A stretch of 64,000 bases of DNA from Euryarchaeota archaeon UBA171 (GCA_002497295.1 DANO01000029.1:4978-68977), one strand, 5' to 3'. Shown: positions 8,750 through 18,285, numbered from the stretch's first letter. Notes: generated by a model not told the origin, from the sequence alone. Numbers and translations: made by a program.

Positions 8750-11308
8750 TTAATAGTCACGGCGTATATCGATACCATATCTGTTCCTTCCCATGAGTAA
8801 TCTGGCCGTAACCATAGAGTTACCCTGCATGGTATCGATATGCGCCATATCGGGCCATTTGTCCAAGGGTTGGGCTAGCCATCCAACCATCTTGTGGCTC
8901 TTTCCACATACTGGAGGTGATTCCGATGAGGCCTTTTCCAAGGCCATTAAGAGGTCAGATATGTGAATTAATTGTAAATCCTCGAGATGTTCTAATCCCA
9001 TTTCAGATTGTATTGCGTCTTCGAGTCTTCGAAGCAAGTCATTACTCGGCCCAGGATGTTCTAATCCATCTGTTCCAGGAAGGAAGTGATATTCGCCCTT
9101 GGGTCTGAGTATTAATGCGGCCCAGGGGACGGAAGATAGCTTTGGTAGATTCCACCAATCTTCCATTTTGATAATGTTCAACAATAATTGTTCAGAGAGT
9201 GGTGCGTACCACTCCATGGGAAGATGCTGGATTACAACGCTTGAGAAAGAGGGGGTTAATCTGCCTCTTCCCTGCGTTATGCGGACGAATCTTGACCATG
9301 TGCTCAGATCTGAATTTGGGTGTCTACTCGCTGACTTGTGCACCTCATTGAAGAATTCATCAAGATTTTCTAAATCTTGTACTTTCATCGCAGCGGAAAG
9401 TGTGTCAACAGATATGAGGGGGGGATTCTGGAGCCATGCAGGGATGGCCCAACTTTTGAGATCCTGGATTATATCTCCTGAGAGATGATTTGCAAAGGTT
9501 AGCAATCGTGAAGCGACCCATGATGACCCATGGGAAGAAGATTCAGGGGGAGTCATTGGTCGCACATCGAAAGCGAAATTCGGATTTTCAGATATTACTT
9601 GGCTGAATTGTTCTGAATATGCTGTTTGAAGCTCGGGAGTGGTTTGATCCATCAATATATGGACTTCGTATTCAGGTATATCCTCAAGGCGAATCATTGC
9701 TAACCATTTGATGTCCACCCTTTCCCCGATTCGTTTCCATCTATGCCACCTGAGGCCAGGGGGCGTGGCTATCAGAGATGCTTCCGGGTGCTCCGCTTCA
9801 ATAGAGTTGGCCCAATCCTCATTTCGACCGAGCATCTCAGTTATAGATTCTAGAATAATGGGGTCTGAAGACTCTGAAGGGTCTAATTGAACTTCCAACT
9901 TTGATTGAATTGAGTCTGTTTCATCTACCGGTGTCGTGGGAAACCGATTTGGCTTCCGATCGTCGATGCGAACGGGGGACGATAATCCGGCGGGATCTGA
10001 ATATCTTGTCCAAGGGAGAGGCCTCGTAGGATCGGCACTCAATCTTGCTACCCCGGGGATATTGACTGAAGGGTGAGTAAGTATGATGCCTCTATCCAAA
10101 TGTCTCATACAATCATGAATTAGATATTCTGGGAGATCTTCTTCAATTTCAACAAGCATCGGAATCTGAGTATTTGTTTGGATGGCCCACTCAATCAAGG
10201 AATGTCTCGCTCTAAGACCTAGATTGGAAGTATTCAGGCGATTGGTGTCGATTTCTTTGTTTTCAAAAATGGAATCCCCCCAGTCTAGTCTGAATCGTCT
10301 TAGAGTCTCTTCCGGAACTCGTGATCTTCTTCTGAATAATATTCTATCTTTCAAGGCCTGGGTCCTTCGGCGGAGCTGAGAAGGATTTGTTCTCGGATGA
10401 GCTAAACGTATCCAATTATCTAGTACTTCCAGAGGGAATACTGATTGGCGATTCTTGTTGTCTTGTATTCTGCCAATAATAAGGAATTCATCAGGAGTGA
10501 TTCTTGATATTAATGATCTACCCATGCGTCCTTCGATATCGACTACAAGTATTTCAGGTGAAAACACGGGCGTGGAATTGGGGTGTATCGTTCCTAAACG
10601 TATATTCGATTCAGAATATGAAGAAAATGGGTGTATGGCCAAATCGAACCTAGGCGTGAACCAAGTTCCCGGAGTTATTGAAATCGGCCTTCCAGATTCA
10701 ATTATTCGAGCATGAAAAATGCATAATGGTCTATCGACTTCGGAGAATGACTCAATCTTGTTTGGATCTCCTGAAGTACTCGGTTCAGGGCGTAATTTTC
10801 CCGTATGTGGATTAATCCATCGATGAATTTTATTTTCTACTTCGGCAAGTGTCCAGATGACCCCTTCGCTTCCACTGGAGTCCTTAATGGAGAATGGGCG
10901 ATCGGGGATTGCTATCGAAGCCTGATCAAATGGCAAGGTAGAGGCGAGTAGAAGTTGATCCTGATCACGCGATATCATGCACACTGCGTTACTTGAAGGA
11001 GGAATCGGCGTACATGATTGAACTCTGTGAGCCTCATCCAGGATTATTGCCTCCCTACCCCTGTGTGTCAGGTATATCGAGGAGCCGCGGGTTCCTGGAT
11101 CGGCAGTACTACTGACCATTTCCTCATTTCTGAGGCGTTTCAGCTCAGCAGAAACATGAGGCATCCTGAGACCAGTCTGCCGAGATATCTGGGCTACTGT
11201 CAAATCAGAATGAGACAGGGCGAAAAGAACTCTTCTACGGTGGAGCCCCCGGATTCTCCGAGGTTTGACTTCAGAGTTGGGAGATACGATCTCGACCATC
11301 AATGACAC
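8750..11308 (-). CDS. Large protein with N-terminal ArsR/MarR-type winged HTH and uncharacterised remainder
   Basis: RRVLFALSHSDLTVAQISRQTGLRMPHVSAELKRLRNEEMV...IYLTHRG; 852-aa ORF. Confidence 0.75.
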   Translation of the reverse strand: MSLMVEIVSPNSEVKPRRIRGLHRRRVLFALSHSDLTVAQISRQTGLRMPHVSAELKRLRNEEMVSSTADPGTRGSSIYLTHRGREAIILDEAHRVQSCTPIPPSSNAVCMISRDQDQLLLASTLPFDQASIAIPDRPFSIKDSSGSEGVIWTLAEVENKIHRWINPHTGKLRPEPSTSGDPNKIESFSEVDRPLCIFHARIIESGRPISITPGTWFTPRFDLAIHPFSSYSESNIRLGTIHPNSTPVFSPEILVVDIEGRMGRSLISRITPDEFLIIGRIQDNKNRQSVFPLEVLDNWIRLAHPRTNPSQLRRRTQALKDRILFRRRSRVPEETLRRFRLDWGDSIFENKEIDTNRLNTSNLGLRARHSLIEWAIQTNTQIPMLVEIEEDLPEYLIHDCMRHLDRGIILTHPSVNIPGVARLSADPTRPLPWTRYSDPAGLSSPVRIDDRKPNRFPTTPVDETDSIQSKLEVQLDPSESSDPIILESITEMLGRNEDWANSIEAEHPEASLIATPPGLRWHRWKRIGERVDIKWLAMIRLEDIPEYEVHILMDQTTPELQTAYSEQFSQVISENPNFAFDVRPMTPPESSSHGSSWVASRLLTFANHLSGDIIQDLKSWAIPAWLQNPPLISVDTLSAAMKVQDLENLDEFFNEVHKSASRHPNSDLSTWSRFVRITQGRGRLTPSFSSVVIQHLPMEWYAPLSEQLLLNIIKMEDWWNLPKLSSVPWAALILRPKGEYHFLPGTDGLEHPGPSNDLLRRLEDAIQSEMGLEHLEDLQLIHISDLLMALEKASSESPPVCGKSHKMVGWLAQPLDKWPDMAHIDTMQGNSMVTARLLMGRNRYGIDIRRDY

Positions 11309-11522
11309 CCACTGTCAACCATAATGTGTTTTACTAACCATTTATTGTATTAAAATGTTATTTTTGTTATATTAAGTTACATATTTCCAGTAGAAAATAA
11401 CTTATCGTCGGTGCAATGGACCTATTGGATGGCTGAGATGGGGCCTATTCCTGCAACTTGATGTAACCAAAATGCAGACTCGACCAAGAAGCGTTATATT
11501 GTGGTCGATTGTCCTGCACTAT

Positions 11523-11603
11523 AACGCTGAGGCGGTGGGTTACTGAGAGAGGCTTCAATGGTCTTTCAAATAGCCTTCTGGTAAAGCGTTTGAAGCGGAG
11601 GTG
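11523..11603 (+). promoter_or_regulatory. Structured 5' leader (long hairpin) plus Shine-Dalgarno before the DUF3860-like gene
   Basis: TTATAT at 11494; pairings 11523-11528/11585-11590, 11540-11544/11580-11584, 11546-11554/11572-11579; GGAGGTG at 11597-11603. Confidence 0.45.
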
Positions 11604-11610
11604 TAGATTA

Positions 11611-11871
11611 ATGAGAACAACAAGACTCAGAGAAAAAATCAAGAAATTCCTGAATGAGAGGGGGCAGGCAAATACTACTGAAATCCTTGAACATGTTAAT
11701 TCGACAATGCGTCATGGAACTACTCCTCAGCAGCTCGGCAATGTACTCTCGAAGGACAAAGATATTCGCAAGATAGCCACAACGAAGCGTGGAGGCGCCC
11801 TCTCGGGCAGATACGAGATATGTGTCTGGACGCTTCGAGAGGATGAGCGGAATTCTGAGCTTCAAGGATGA
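11611..11871 (+). CDS. Small basic winged-helix-like protein (DUF3860-like)
   Basis: ATG 11611 after GGAGGTG; MRTTRLREKIKKFL...HGTTPQQLGNVLSKDKD...SGRYEICVW resembles a family recalled from Thermoplasmata. Confidence 0.75.
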   Translation: MRTTRLREKIKKFLNERGQANTTEILEHVNSTMRHGTTPQQLGNVLSKDKDIRKIATTKRGGALSGRYEICVWTLREDERNSELQG

Positions 11872-11873
11872 TC

Positions 11874-12881
11874 TCATACTTCGAGATCTGATGACCAAGC
11901 ACCTACTGCTGCCAGCGAATTCATCCTGGAGCGATGACGAAGCTTTGCTTGGGCGCCTTCAACGTCCGACTTCGACCATAGAGAGAGCGCGTCTGCAAGA
12001 AGTGCCCGGCCAAATGAAAATGTCAACGGCCAAGGGGCATTTCCAATAGTCAGATTGGTCTCATTGAGATGGGATGTTGCATCGATATCCGACTGTCCTC
12101 CCGATAAGAATGCGACTCCCGCGACTTCTTGTGGGACCGTTTCTTTGAGCACCTCTGCAGTTGCCCTTGCAACAGATTCTGCATCGGCTTTTTCAGCTTC
12201 TGAGCCTGGTAGTATCATATTTGGTTTGAGAATAGTACCTCTGAGGTCGACACATTGAATCCTACACTCCGAATATACCGCCTTCAATATTCTAGACGTG
12301 ATTGAAGCGCACTGATCTAATCCGTGAGGCCCTGTCATCAAAACTTCAGGTTCTATAATCGGGACTATACCTTGTTCTTGGCATATGGCAGCATACCTTG
12401 CAAGGGCATGTGCATTTACTGAGATTGCAGCGGCACTTGGAAGATCTCCTGATATCTTGATGACGGCTCTCCATTTGGCAAATCTTGCGCCCATGCGATA
12501 GTATTCTTCGCATCGGCCCCTCAATCCATCAAGACCCTCAGTGACGGTCTCTCCTTCGTGCCATGAAAGTGGTTTTGCCCCCGTATCCACCTTTATCCCT
12601 GGAATAATTCCCTTAGAAATCAGGTAATCGGGAATCGTAGTACCGTCATCCATTTCCTGTCGTATTGTCTCATCAAACAATATCACTCCTGAAATGTACT
12701 CCTCGATTCCTTCTGATGAAAACATAGCCGATCTATATGCCCTGCGAGTGTGCTCGCTCGGTTCCACATTCACGGCTTCCAATCGTTTTGACATTGTACC
12801 GTTGCTTTCATCGGCTGCTAGAATGCCTTTTCCGGGTGCGACTAGATTTTTTGCGATTTGTTCCAATGACAGGGACGACAT
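11874..12881 (-). CDS. Class I fructose-bisphosphate aldolase (bacterial/eukaryotic type)
   Basis: GKGILAADES, GIKVDTG, FAKWRAV, PIIEPEV, Schiff-base ILKPNM, FLSGGQS, TFSFGRAL. Confidence 0.93.
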   Translation of the reverse strand: MSSLSLEQIAKNLVAPGKGILAADESNGTMSKRLEAVNVEPSEHTRRAYRSAMFSSEGIEEYISGVILFDETIRQEMDDGTTIPDYLISKGIIPGIKVDTGAKPLSWHEGETVTEGLDGLRGRCEEYYRMGARFAKWRAVIKISGDLPSAAAISVNAHALARYAAICQEQGIVPIIEPEVLMTGPHGLDQCASITSRILKAVYSECRIQCVDLRGTILKPNMILPGSEAEKADAESVARATAEVLKETVPQEVAGVAFLSGGQSDIDATSHLNETNLTIGNAPWPLTFSFGRALLADALSLWSKSDVEGAQAKLRHRSRMNSLAAVGAWSSDLEV

Positions 12882-12939
12882 ATTCTACAAAACGGCTACA
12901 AGAAACATGGCAATGAAGGCATCGCCTTGAAGTGCTACC

Positions 12940-13887
12940 TCAAAGATTAATTTCTACTAACGATCTAGTTGATGATTTGACATCAATAATCTCTGAAGTT
13001 ACAACCATATTGCCTTCTGGATTCTTACGCACCCCGGGGACCCTTCCGGCGCAAACTCCTGATCCGATGTATACTGCATCACTAGAAGCGCAGAGTTCAT
13101 CCCGGCCCCAAATATCGTTGATTCGGTCTCCAACCATCTTCAGTGCTCTCTCTTGGTGGTTCTCTGTTGTGGTTACAAGTCGTCCTTCGAAAGGGGCGTC
13201 AAGTCCACGAAGTGCTGTGGCAGTGATTACCCCCTCAGGTGCTGCCCCTATGCCCATCAGAAGATCGGTGTTGGAGTCGGGGTCTGCTGCATCGAGCGCC
13301 GCTGCTATATCTCCGTCACCAATCAACCGGACATTGGCCCCTATTCCTTCTATTCTTGATATCAAGCCTGTATGCCGAGGACGATCCATCACTACCACTG
13401 TCAAATCAGATATTGGGCGGTCAAGTACGTGGCTTGCAGCTTCTAGATTGTACTGTGTGGATCCTTCTAGACTTATCTCGCCTTTCAGTATCGGGGGGCC
13501 TGCAATCTTGTCCATATAGCAGTCAGGGGCGTGGAGTAAAGCACCTCTTGGGGCTGCGGCCAGAACAGCCATGGCATTGGGCTTGTCATTTGCAACATGA
13601 TTGGTACATTCAAGAGGGTCTACTGCGATATCTATCATCTGAGCATTCTCTAATCCTTGACTGGAACCTAATGGCTCACCAATCCAAAGCATAGGTGCAT
13701 CATCTCGCTCTCCCTCTCCAATAGCGACTCTGCCATCGAATGGAATTGTATCGAAGACGGCACGCATTGCCTCGACAGCCGCTCCATCGGCGGCTTTTCC
13801 GTCTCCTTTGCCTATCCAGCCGTAGGCTGCAGCTGCAGCTGAAGATGTAGCGCGAAGGAAATCTTCTGTCAAATCGCGAACTGGCAC
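12940..13887 (-). CDS. glpX: Class II fructose-1,6-bisphosphatase
   Basis: ADGAAVEAMR, IGEGERDDAPML, DIAVDPLECT, YMDK, MDRPRH, DGDI, GAAPEGV; start placed at GTG 13887 (uncertain). Confidence 0.9.
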   Translation of the reverse strand: MPVRDLTEDFLRATSSAAAAAYGWIGKGDGKAADGAAVEAMRAVFDTIPFDGRVAIGEGERDDAPMLWIGEPLGSSQGLENAQMIDIAVDPLECTNHVANDKPNAMAVLAAAPRGALLHAPDCYMDKIAGPPILKGEISLEGSTQYNLEAASHVLDRPISDLTVVVMDRPRHTGLISRIEGIGANVRLIGDGDIAAALDAADPDSNTDLLMGIGAAPEGVITATALRGLDAPFEGRLVTTTENHQERALKMVGDRINDIWGRDELCASSDAVYIGSGVCAGRVPGVRKNPEGNMVVTSEIIDVKSSTRSLVEINL

Positions 13888-13919
13888 AGCCTGTTGTAGA
13901 GGTGGACAGCAATTCAATC

Positions 13920-14369
13920 CTACGCAGGATGCTTGTGCTTAGATAGCACCCGTATTCCTTCAATTGAGGTCCCCGGATATTGGCCATCTGAGTCCTTTAA
14001 AATTGGTTTTAACATGTCGAGCGCGCAGAGTAATCCTGCTGATACGCCGCACAGAGCCTCCATTTCGACCCCCGTCTTTGCCGTGGCGGACACAGTAACC
14101 GTACACCTCAAACCAAGATCATCATCTTCCCAGTCTACAGTACAGCTGTCTATCGGGATGGGGTGGCAATGCGGAAGAGATGTGGGTGTGTTCTTCACGG
14201 CCATAATGGCAGCAATCGTCGAAGACGTTCTGAGATCTCCTTTAGAGGTCGTGCCCTCCAGTGCTACTTCCAATACCTGTGGAGGGACCGCTAGAACTCC
14301 TGTTGCTATTGCTCGGCGGAACATCGGTTTTTTTGAACCGATATCAACGACTGACGGGTTATTGGGCAT
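13920..14369 (-). CDS. moaC: Cyclic pyranopterin monophosphate synthase
   Basis: VDIGSK, KGD, LPHCHPI, KTGVEMEAL, DMLK. Confidence 0.92.
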   Translation of the reverse strand: MPNNPSVVDIGSKKPMFRRAIATGVLAVPPQVLEVALEGTTSKGDLRTSSTIAAIMAVKNTPTSLPHCHPIPIDSCTVDWEDDDLGLRCTVTVSATAKTGVEMEALCGVSAGLLCALDMLKPILKDSDGQYPGTSIEGIRVLSKHKHPA

Positions 14370-14412
14370 ACGTCTCTCTCCGCATGGGGGTACTTAGGCG
14401 CTCGGACATGTC

Positions 14413-14832
14413 TCAACCAAGCCCCTCTATCCAATATTCGCCGCTTGAACGGATCTCCTTCTTCCATATTGGCGCCTGACGCTTTAATTCATCGATGGTC
14501 CAACTACAAGCAGCGAAGGCCTGGTGTCGGTGAATCGCAGACACATGTATACACACGATCGTTTCACCGGGTTCGACGTAGCCAATTCTGTGTGCGATGA
14601 CGATTGATTTTAGATTCTGTTCTTCGACAGCTTTCTTTCCGATTTCCTGCAAGACTTTGGGGAGGCGGCTTCCCCATACCTCAAACTCGAGCCCCATCAC
14701 TTCTTCATCGCCATGGCTAGCTCGTACAAGGCCGATGAAAGACGCAACTGCTCCAGCACCATCAGAATTAATCATAGTCATCAAATTAGAAGGATCAAGT
14801 GGGCTCTCTGTGACGATAACCTCGACGACCAT
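14413..14832 (-). CDS. moaE: Molybdopterin synthase catalytic subunit
   Basis: GAVASFIGLVR, HRIG, HRHQAF, DELKRQAPIWKKE. Confidence 0.92.
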   Translation of the reverse strand: MVVEVIVTESPLDPSNLMTMINSDGAGAVASFIGLVRASHGDEEVMGLEFEVWGSRLPKVLQEIGKKAVEEQNLKSIVIAHRIGYVEPGETIVCIHVSAIHRHQAFAACSWTIDELKRQAPIWKKEIRSSGEYWIEGLG

Positions 14833-14890
14833 GCCCGTCGGGCGTGAATCTGAGGGATAGGGCTATCTCCATCGGACGAGGTGGAATAGC

Positions 14891-16114
14891 GTGGGTGAAA
14901 GAGTGGACATACTCGGAGCCGGTCTTTCCGGCCTTGCGGCTGCGACTATTCTCGCCAAGGCAGGAAGAGAAGTTCATGTCCATGAGGTACGAAAGGACAG
15001 CGGAGCTCGTTTTGATGGGGACTTCCAAGGAATTGAAAATTGGACTTCTCAAGAAGACTTCTTCGATGAAATGCGCGAATGGGGGCTTGATCCGGGGGCC
15101 TTCAAATCAAACCCATTCAGCATAATCGACCTGGTTCACCCAGATGATGTGATAACAAATCCAATCACAGATGATATCGCATTTAGGGTAGTGGAGCGTG
15201 GAACGGATAAGCATTGCATAGATCAGGGATTCAAAGAAATGGCGAAATCGGCTGGTGCGAAAATTCACTATGGCGCGAAGAAGGATCCCTTGGAATGCGA
15301 CATAATAGCCGCTGGCCCAAGGCAATCGAGTGCAGTGGCATTCGGAGAGATATTCAAGACCAGCCATGATAATCATGTGACATTTCAACTCAATGACAAG
15401 TTAGCTCCAGGAGCCTACAGCTACATGATTATCATAGATGGTATCGGGTTGATTTGTACGTGTCTGTGGAGGAAACAGCGTAAGAGTGGACGGTTCCTTG
15501 ATGAGACCATAGCGTGGTATGATCGGAATTACGAATTAGATAGGGTGCCCATAAAGCGAGTCGGGGGAAAGGGGGATTTCTCAATCCCAGATCGTTACAT
15601 CGTTGATGGTCGCCATTACGTCGGTGAAGCAGGCGGGCTTCAGGACTTCATGTGGGGCTTCGGTATGCGCTATGCAATAACCAGCGGAGTGCTAGCAGCG
15701 AAATCAATCATGGGAGAGGTGGATTATGAAGAGGAGGTTCGTACACGTCTTCTCCCATTGGTTAAGGCGAGTGCGACTAATCGATTCTTGATGAACAGAA
15801 TGGGCGATAGGGGATTCAAGGCAGTAGCAAGATACTGGATGAGGGACCAGAAGCGTTCAGGAGATGGGTTGGGATTCATGAGACGGATTTACGAACCAGG
15901 CCTGTTGAGAAGAATGATCTGGCCCGTGGCTCGGTTGGCGATGTTGAGAAGAGGGGCATCTTCAGATGGGCGTCGGCATCTCCGTATGCCTTTTCGAAAG
16001 GCGCTCAAGAGAGATATATGGGAACCAAGCGCTGAGGCCCTAGGAGTGTCAGAACAGTGGAAGAAGACACAGAAGAAAGGTGCTAAGACTTCTTTCAGTA
16101 GTTCTGATCAGTGA
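14891..16114 (+). CDS. FAD-dependent oxidoreductase, geranylgeranyl-reductase-like
   Basis: Rossmann GAGLSG, APGAYSY, VGEAGGLQDFMWGFGMRYA. Confidence 0.75.
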   Translation: MGERVDILGAGLSGLAAATILAKAGREVHVHEVRKDSGARFDGDFQGIENWTSQEDFFDEMREWGLDPGAFKSNPFSIIDLVHPDDVITNPITDDIAFRVVERGTDKHCIDQGFKEMAKSAGAKIHYGAKKDPLECDIIAAGPRQSSAVAFGEIFKTSHDNHVTFQLNDKLAPGAYSYMIIIDGIGLICTCLWRKQRKSGRFLDETIAWYDRNYELDRVPIKRVGGKGDFSIPDRYIVDGRHYVGEAGGLQDFMWGFGMRYAITSGVLAAKSIMGEVDYEEEVRTRLLPLVKASATNRFLMNRMGDRGFKAVARYWMRDQKRSGDGLGFMRRIYEPGLLRRMIWPVARLAMLRRGASSDGRRHLRMPFRKALKRDIWEPSAEALGVSEQWKKTQKKGAKTSFSSSDQ

Positions 16115-16175
16115 CCTTGCGAGGTCTAAATTCGTTAATCGCTTGGTTGATATGGGCGTTTGAGGCCGACGATGC

Positions 16176-17036
16176 ATGGCTGAATGGCCCGAACTTACCC
16201 CAATGAAGAATAGACTCGTCAACTATGGCGTGACTGACAATGGTATTGCCATTATTGAGTTGATATCAGACTCCGATGGTGCGCCTCTTGAAGAGGGAAA
16301 AACTGCAGTCAATACCTACACCAGAGAAATGTGGCACGACATAGATGATGCAATCTTGAGCGCACGTTTCGATGACGAAGTAAGTGTGATTTTGATAACA
16401 GGGCATGGAGATAAATTCTTCTCAGCAGGGGCTAGCATAAAATATCTAAATCGGCTTACTCCTCGCTACAAGTATTTCTTCTGCCTCCATGCCAATGAGA
16501 CATTGAGCCGACTTGAGCAGACGCCTAAGCTCGTTGTCGCCGCACTGAATGGCCACACAGTAGGAGGGGGGCTCGAGATCGCAATGGCAGCAGACATCAG
16601 AATTGCTCGCAAAGGGAATTTCCAAGTCGGTCTTCCAGAGGTCTCGCTCGGGGTTTTGGCTGGTACTGGTGGTACAGCTAGGCTTTCACGACTGGTTGGA
16701 AAAGCGAAATCAATGGAAATAATGGTTACTGGTAGAAAATTCCAATTCGAGGAGGCAAAAGACATGTCTCTCGTGCACGATGTATATGACAGCATGAGTC
16801 TGGAAGAGTTCCGTCAAGATGTCCTTGACTATGCGAGTCAGTTCTCCTTGCCATTTGCTGCAGCAAAGGCGATTGGAAATATCAAGAGAAGTGTGCAAAG
16901 CGGTCTCGAAATACCGTTAGAATATCATCTAGCACTAGAACGCGAGTTGCAATCTGACCTCTTCCAATCAGATGACGCGAAAGCAGGTATAGCGGCGTAT
17001 GTGGACAAGAAAACTCCCAAATTTAGTGGGCAATAG
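16176..17036 (+). CDS. Crotonase-family enzyme resembling the N-terminal domain of BoxC (epoxybenzoyl-CoA ring-cleaving dihydrolase)
   Basis: NTY...ARFD, FFSAGASI, KYFFCLHANET, NGHTVGGGLE, LPEVSLGVLAGTGG; directly upstream of the BoxB-like gene. Confidence 0.75.
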   Translation: MAEWPELTPMKNRLVNYGVTDNGIAIIELISDSDGAPLEEGKTAVNTYTREMWHDIDDAILSARFDDEVSVILITGHGDKFFSAGASIKYLNRLTPRYKYFFCLHANETLSRLEQTPKLVVAALNGHTVGGGLEIAMAADIRIARKGNFQVGLPEVSLGVLAGTGGTARLSRLVGKAKSMEIMVTGRKFQFEEAKDMSLVHDVYDSMSLEEFRQDVLDYASQFSLPFAAAKAIGNIKRSVQSGLEIPLEYHLALERELQSDLFQSDDAKAGIAAYVDKKTPKFSGQ

Positions 17037-17113
17037 TTTCTTTGTATCCTTGATATTCAAAATTTGCTGGTAAAAGCCTGAACTTGAAATACGACCTAGC
17101 GGTCATAGAGGTT

Positions 17114-18259
17114 ATGAGCAGGACTGAAATTGTCGAGGGCTACACTCCAAACTTCGAAGGCTGGGTTCAAGAGTTCCATGAATGGCAAACTAGGATTGGA
17201 TTCGATCCAGCGTGGCTTGGAGATTATCGATTTGAAATTAGATTCGATTGGATTTCCGCTGGAGACAGTATTGAATTTGGAGATTTTGAAGGAATGCCGA
17301 AGTGGAGTCGTAGGATGCAGATACCCCAGCAAAACATCCGAGATGCCATTATCACAATGATCAGCGTCCAGGGAGACACAGAGTTTGCCTCCGTGGAGCA
17401 GCAAAATCATCTTCTTGCGACTGCACCAACTGAATATGATCGAAAATCTGCTCTGAGGATAATGTGCGAAGAGCAGCGTCATGGTTGGCAGATGGCCTAT
17501 CTTCTTTGCACCTACTTCGGTGAACAGGGAGTTCGTGAGGCGGCCAAGCTGCTGGAAAGAAATGCACAGGATGGTACGAGGCTTCTGGGCTCATTCAATG
17601 CTCCAATCGATCACTGGCTCGACTTCTTCTGTTTTACACACTTTATCGATAGGGATGGGAAGTACCAATTGAAGATGCTATCTACCAGCTCCTTCCAACC
17701 CCTAGCAGCATCAATGGGCCCGATGCTAAAGGAGGAGTCCTTTCACCTCGGAACTGGGGCGAATGGTCTCAGAAGAATAGTCAAGGCAGGCGTTATACCG
17801 ACTACATTCCTTCAGAAATATGTCAATAAGTGGGTTAGTACAGGCCTCGACCTCTTCGGAACCGATGAGTCTACCTCGGCGCAATGGGCGTACGTATACG
17901 GGGTAAAGGGTCGGTACGATGAGCGCGAATCTGGTGATGATGCTGATAGAGACCATCTGAATGAAGCCAGCCGTGGGCTGTACTTTGACGAAATAAAAGC
18001 CGAAATGGCTCGCATAAGCAAGGGTCGACCAGAGGGGGATCCGGAACTTTACATCCCTTCGGACAAATTTAACCGCGGGATAGGGAGGTACTCTGGAAAT
18101 TTATACACTGTAACGGGAGAAGATTTCGAAGGCAGTGAGGAAGAATATGCCGAATATCTTGCAGGCGTCCTGCCATCTGACGAAGATGAGCGGAAGCTGG
18201 TGGAAGAATACATGGCTCCGGGTGTAGAGTGGATACAGTACCGTGAGTGGAAGGAGTAA
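17114..18259 (+). CDS. boxB: BoxB-like di-iron aromatic-CoA epoxidase (PaaA/BoxB ferritin-like family)
   Basis: QGDTEFASVEQQ, EEQRH, LGSFN, FIDRDGKYQL, F.PLA, EESFH, DLFG; complete di-iron ligand pattern in BoxB-type context. Confidence 0.8.
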   Translation: MSRTEIVEGYTPNFEGWVQEFHEWQTRIGFDPAWLGDYRFEIRFDWISAGDSIEFGDFEGMPKWSRRMQIPQQNIRDAIITMISVQGDTEFASVEQQNHLLATAPTEYDRKSALRIMCEEQRHGWQMAYLLCTYFGEQGVREAAKLLERNAQDGTRLLGSFNAPIDHWLDFFCFTHFIDRDGKYQLKMLSTSSFQPLAASMGPMLKEESFHLGTGANGLRRIVKAGVIPTTFLQKYVNKWVSTGLDLFGTDESTSAQWAYVYGVKGRYDERESGDDADRDHLNEASRGLYFDEIKAEMARISKGRPEGDPELYIPSDKFNRGIGRYSGNLYTVTGEDFEGSEEEYAEYLAGVLPSDEDERKLVEEYMAPGVEWIQYREWKE

Positions 18260-18285
18260 CTCTCCCTTCGAGAAGGTGGTTGATT

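Noticed and set aside
8447..8753. Short + ORFs 8447-8635 and 8535-8753
   Set aside because: Arg/Pro/Ser-rich translations typical of GC-rich non-coding sequence; base-pairing explains the region better.
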